A stretch of 64,000 nucleotides of DNA, taken from the NCBI GenBank assembly GCA_021298155.1, contig JAJTEN010000002.1, positions 10,580-74,579 of the forward strand. Reading direction: 5' to 3'. The notes beneath the pieces are model-generated. The model searched no databases, was not told where the DNA came from, and was given only the letters and a program-made list of their open reading frames with translations. Below, piece after piece: positions 60,824 through 64,000 of this stretch. The stretch comes from Sphingobacteriales bacterium. Lineage in GTDB: Bacteria > Bacteroidota > Bacteroidia > UKL13-3. Every line of letters starts with the position of its first letter. Position 1 is the stretch's first letter. The translations under genes and the position numbers were made by a program.

Positions 60824-63034
60824 ATGAAAAAACACTTTTTAGTATTAGCCTCTTTTGCTTGTCTCTCAAGCATTACTTGGGCTCAAACCGACACCATTTC
60901 TAGTAAAAGAAATTTACAAGATGTAGTAATTTCTGCTATTCAGGCTAAACAAAGTACGCCAGTTACTTTTACTACGCTCGATAAAAAGCGTATCCAACAG
61001 TTGTATTATGGTGCAGATATGCCCACACTTCTGCAAGTTACACCTTCTGTAAATGCCTACAGCGATAACGGAACTGGTATTGGATACAGTTTCTTTCGCC
61101 TCCGTGGTATGGATCAAACTCGTATCAACACAACCATAAATGGTATTCCAGTAAACGATCCCGAAAACCAAGGGGTATTCTTTAATAACTTTGCCGATTT
61201 GGCCAGTAGCGCAGAGCAAATACAAGTTCAACGTGGTATTGGTACTTCTACCAACGGAACCTCAGCTTTTGGCGGTAGCATAAACATCCAAACCAAACAC
61301 TTATCTGCCAAGCCAAGCGCACAGGTTTCTTTAGGCATGGGTTCTTTTGGTTCAAGCCGATTAACAGCCGAAGTGCAAACCGGATTATTAGGTAAACATT
61401 GGATGTTCTACGGTAGAATTGGCCAGGTAAAAACCAATGGGTTCAGGCAGAATTCGGGTGCGCAAGTGCAATCGTATCATTTTAGTTTGGGATACGTTAA
61501 AAATAGGTCGGTACTCAAATTTAATTTCTTTGGCGGCAACGCGCAAAGCCAATTGGCATACCTGGGATTAAATAAAAAAATCTTTGACGAAAATCCAGTT
61601 GCCAATACTTTTACCCACGGAGAAAGCGATGCTTTCAACCAATACTTTAACCAAATACAATACAGCTACGATTTGGGTCGCGGTCAAACCCTTAGTGCTT
61701 CCGCCTATTTAGTAAATGGTGCGGCACCTAAATTTCAATTTTTGGCCGAAGGTTGGTATACCTTTAATACCCTAAACATGGCCAATACAACATACTATGT
61801 TAATGCACCCGGAGACACAATATTTAGTCCAGGAAATGTGATGACTTCTTACCGTTTAAAACAACAGTTTATGGGTGCTTTTGCCAATTACCAGCTTACT
61901 CGTGGTAAATTAGATTTGGTTGCGGGCGTTCACGTAAACCAGTTTCAAGCCGACCATTTTATGGAAGTAAATTGGGCAACCACGATTCCTGCAGCTTTTA
62001 AACAAAACCATCAAGTTTATTTTAATACGGGTTTCAAAAACGAGTTAAGTGTTTTTGCTAAACTTAATTATGCCTTCACAGACAGGCTATCTGTTTTTTC
62101 TGATGTGCAAGTGAGGCAAACAAGCTTTACATATAAGGGTAAAGACATGGAATTTAGAAAAGAATATGGCAAGGTGGAAGACATGCAGTGGCAATTCGTT
62201 AACCCTAGAGCGGGCGCTAGGTTCGGCCTGAACCGATATGTTTCTTTATATGCCATGGCAGGTATGAGCATGCGTGAACCTACGCGTTTTGATTACTTTC
62301 AAGACGATTTTGCGCCACGTGATATCAAGCAAAACGAAATTAAACCAGAGCAAGTTGTAAATGTTGAGTTTGGGACCGAGTTAAGTGGATTTGTTAACGG
62401 TAAAATTAACGTGTATGCTATGGAGTTTCAAAACCAAATTGTAGGTACAGGTGCAGTAAATAATTTTGGATATAATATAACCGGAAATGTAGGCAGAAGT
62501 TATCGCCGTGGAGTAGAAATTGACCTCAGAAAACAAGTTACCAGTTTTTTGACTATTTGGATGAGCTCTGCATTAAGTAGTAATAAAATTGAGCAATTTA
62601 CACAAACCTATACAGATGAAATTAGCGGCACACCAATTACCCAAACCTATGCAAACACAAACCTAGCTTTTAGTCCGAATCAAATACACAATATTGGCCT
62701 AGAAAGCGCTGTTTGGAAAAAACGAATTAACGCTGGTTTATCTTTTAGGCACGTAGGCATGCAGTATCTAGACAATACCAGTAACAAAGATTTGTCGCTG
62801 CCATCGTTTAATGTATTAGACTTTCAGCTTGGCTTAAATCCATCATCATTTAGAATAAAAGGCTTGCCACAGGTAAGTCTTCGTGTAAATAATTTGCTAA
62901 ATGCTAAGTACGCACCATCTGGCAGTTTGGGTGGATTTAATACCATAAGCAGTGAAGGAATTAGAGGCCAATTCCCTCTGTTTTTACCCAACGCTGGTGT
63001 AAATTATTTTTGCACGGCAACTTGGGTATTTTAG
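60824..63034 (+). CDS. TonB-dependent receptor, probable thiamine uptake
   Basis: Plug motifs SDNGTGIGYS..RLRG, INGIPVND, IQVQRGIG; downstream of the TPP riboswitch; terminal F. Confidence 0.9.
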   Translation: MKKHFLVLASFACLSSITWAQTDTISSKRNLQDVVISAIQAKQSTPVTFTTLDKKRIQQLYYGADMPTLLQVTPSVNAYSDNGTGIGYSFFRLRGMDQTRINTTINGIPVNDPENQGVFFNNFADLASSAEQIQVQRGIGTSTNGTSAFGGSINIQTKHLSAKPSAQVSLGMGSFGSSRLTAEVQTGLLGKHWMFYGRIGQVKTNGFRQNSGAQVQSYHFSLGYVKNRSVLKFNFFGGNAQSQLAYLGLNKKIFDENPVANTFTHGESDAFNQYFNQIQYSYDLGRGQTLSASAYLVNGAAPKFQFLAEGWYTFNTLNMANTTYYVNAPGDTIFSPGNVMTSYRLKQQFMGAFANYQLTRGKLDLVAGVHVNQFQADHFMEVNWATTIPAAFKQNHQVYFNTGFKNELSVFAKLNYAFTDRLSVFSDVQVRQTSFTYKGKDMEFRKEYGKVEDMQWQFVNPRAGARFGLNRYVSLYAMAGMSMREPTRFDYFQDDFAPRDIKQNEIKPEQVVNVEFGTELSGFVNGKINVYAMEFQNQIVGTGAVNNFGYNITGNVGRSYRRGVEIDLRKQVTSFLTIWMSSALSSNKIEQFTQTYTDEISGTPITQTYANTNLAFSPNQIHNIGLESAVWKKRINAGLSFRHVGMQYLDNTSNKDLSLPSFNVLDFQLGLNPSSFRIKGLPQVSLRVNNLLNAKYAPSGSLGGFNTISSEGIRGQFPLFLPNAGVNYFCTATWVF

Positions 63035-63041
63035 TATGACT

Positions 63042-63081
63042 AATTTTAAGAGACAAGTAATAAAACTTGTCTCTTAAAATT
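63042..63081. terminator. Bidirectional terminator, 17-bp perfect inverted repeat
   Basis: AATTTTAAGAGACAAGT-aataaa-ACTTGTCTCTTAAAATT between convergent genes. Confidence 0.8.
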
Positions 63082-63090
63082 TTAAATAAA

Positions 63091-63654
63091 TTATAACCCC
63101 AACAATAATTGTAAACTCTTGATCGGATTATTTGAAACATCAATTTGTTTCAGAATATCAATAGCCGCATATCGCTGCGGTGCATTGATCTCAATTATAC
63201 CTTTTAGCGTTTGAACGGCATTTTCTTTGTCGCCTTTATTCAAATAAGCCATAGCCAAATACCACCTACTCAGTTGAATCAAATCAAACTTTTTAAATGT
63301 ATTTGCTGATTCTTCAAAATGCAAAATTGCCAAATTTGTAAATCCCGTTTTTAAATAACTATAACCTAGGTACAAATTGTACATCGCCTCATCCTTTTCT
63401 TGCGGCTCAAAATGTTGAAATGCTTCAATAGCCAGGTTATAATCGCCCTTATTAAATAATTGCATAGCCTGCGCCTCTAAACTAATGGTGTCTTTGAACG
63501 CAGTATCCGTGGTCCAATAATCCATGCAGGGTTTAGCATGCGCATTACATAGTTCTATCATCTCATCTTCTGGAGATTTCACAGATTCTGTAATAATCCA
63601 TGACCCCAAAAAGGAGGTAATAACCATTGTTAATATGCTAATTATTTTGATCAA
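63091..63654 (-). CDS. Tetratricopeptide-repeat protein
   Basis: AMQLFNKGDYNLAI, YLGYSYL, WYLAMAYL; start codon uncertain. Confidence 0.75.
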   Translation of the reverse strand: MIKIISILTMVITSFLGSWIITESVKSPEDEMIELCNAHAKPCMDYWTTDTAFKDTISLEAQAMQLFNKGDYNLAIEAFQHFEPQEKDEAMYNLYLGYSYLKTGFTNLAILHFEESANTFKKFDLIQLSRWYLAMAYLNKGDKENAVQTLKGIIEINAPQRYAAIDILKQIDVSNNPIKSLQLLLGL

Positions 63655-63935
63655 GTGTCAATTTTTGGAACATCGAAAATAAGCTACTAAAAAATAGTGT
63701 TCTTGAAAATTACACCAATTAACCCATTTTCAAGTTTAATGGAGGATTTAGCATGTTTTGCGACAAATAAGCGCTTAAATGCGACATTTTTGTAAAAACG
63801 CTACTTGAACAGCAAAAACCGCCATCGATTTTAAATTAAATTTATTCACAAATTTACGTATCTGTTAAATCAACTTGTTTGATAGGTGTAAATGCACCTA
63901 CATTTGCATAATTTATACCAACAACAAATAATCTC

Positions 63936-64000
63936 ATGCCAAAAGATAGTAGCATTCACTCGGTTCTCATCATTGGGAGCGGCCCAATTGTAATTGGTCA
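63936..64000 (+). CDS. carB: Carbamoyl-phosphate synthase large subunit, 5' end only
   Basis: ATG opens MPKDSSIHSVLIIGSGPIVIG, the conserved CarB N-terminus; TACATTTG -7 box at 63899-63906. Confidence 0.92.
   Translation, partial: MPKDSSIHSVLIIGSGPIVIG

Noticed and set aside
57679-63034. These TonB-type receptors as the missing SusC of the glucan locus
   Set aside because: No susD partner and no CTACTACA operator; one is under TPP riboswitch control.

Overview
AT-rich bacterial DNA with Bacteroidota hallmarks: several T9SS C-terminal-domain proteins, TAnnTTTG-like -7 promoter boxes, lipoproteins and a Y_Y_Y/LuxR sensor-regulator. Housekeeping genes include hrpB, prfC (broken by an apparent internal deletion and frameshift), an M1 peptidase cluster, a beta-carbonic anhydrase, a TPP riboswitch with a TonB-dependent receptor, and the 5' end of carB. 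Two accessory systems stand out. (1) At 24.6-41.8 kb is a beta-glucan utilisation locus (GH16, GH3, GH2-like, CBM-like lipoproteins, regulator) with no susC/susD. Their slots hold two mutually related, unannotated outer-membrane barrel-like proteins, and a shared CTACTACA-N3-CTACTACA operator ties in a non-catalytic T9SS repeat protein. (2) At 48-56 kb is a Crp/Fnr-led sulfur cluster (TauE, persulfide dioxygenase-rhodanese, YeeE/YedE pair, TsdA, OprD-like porin, Tat-exported SoxB-like hydrolase, no soxYZ/AX/CD in the window). A TGTAAC-N4-GTTACA-like site lies exactly 21 bp from a -7 box at three promoters, linking a distant rhodanese/thioredoxin operon at 9.7-11 kb. Also noted: a split P-loop kinase plus dCMP deaminase pair resembling AvcD, a nested heptamer palindrome, and a self-nested HmuY-like duplication. 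All family calls come from motif recognition by eye; no searches were run.
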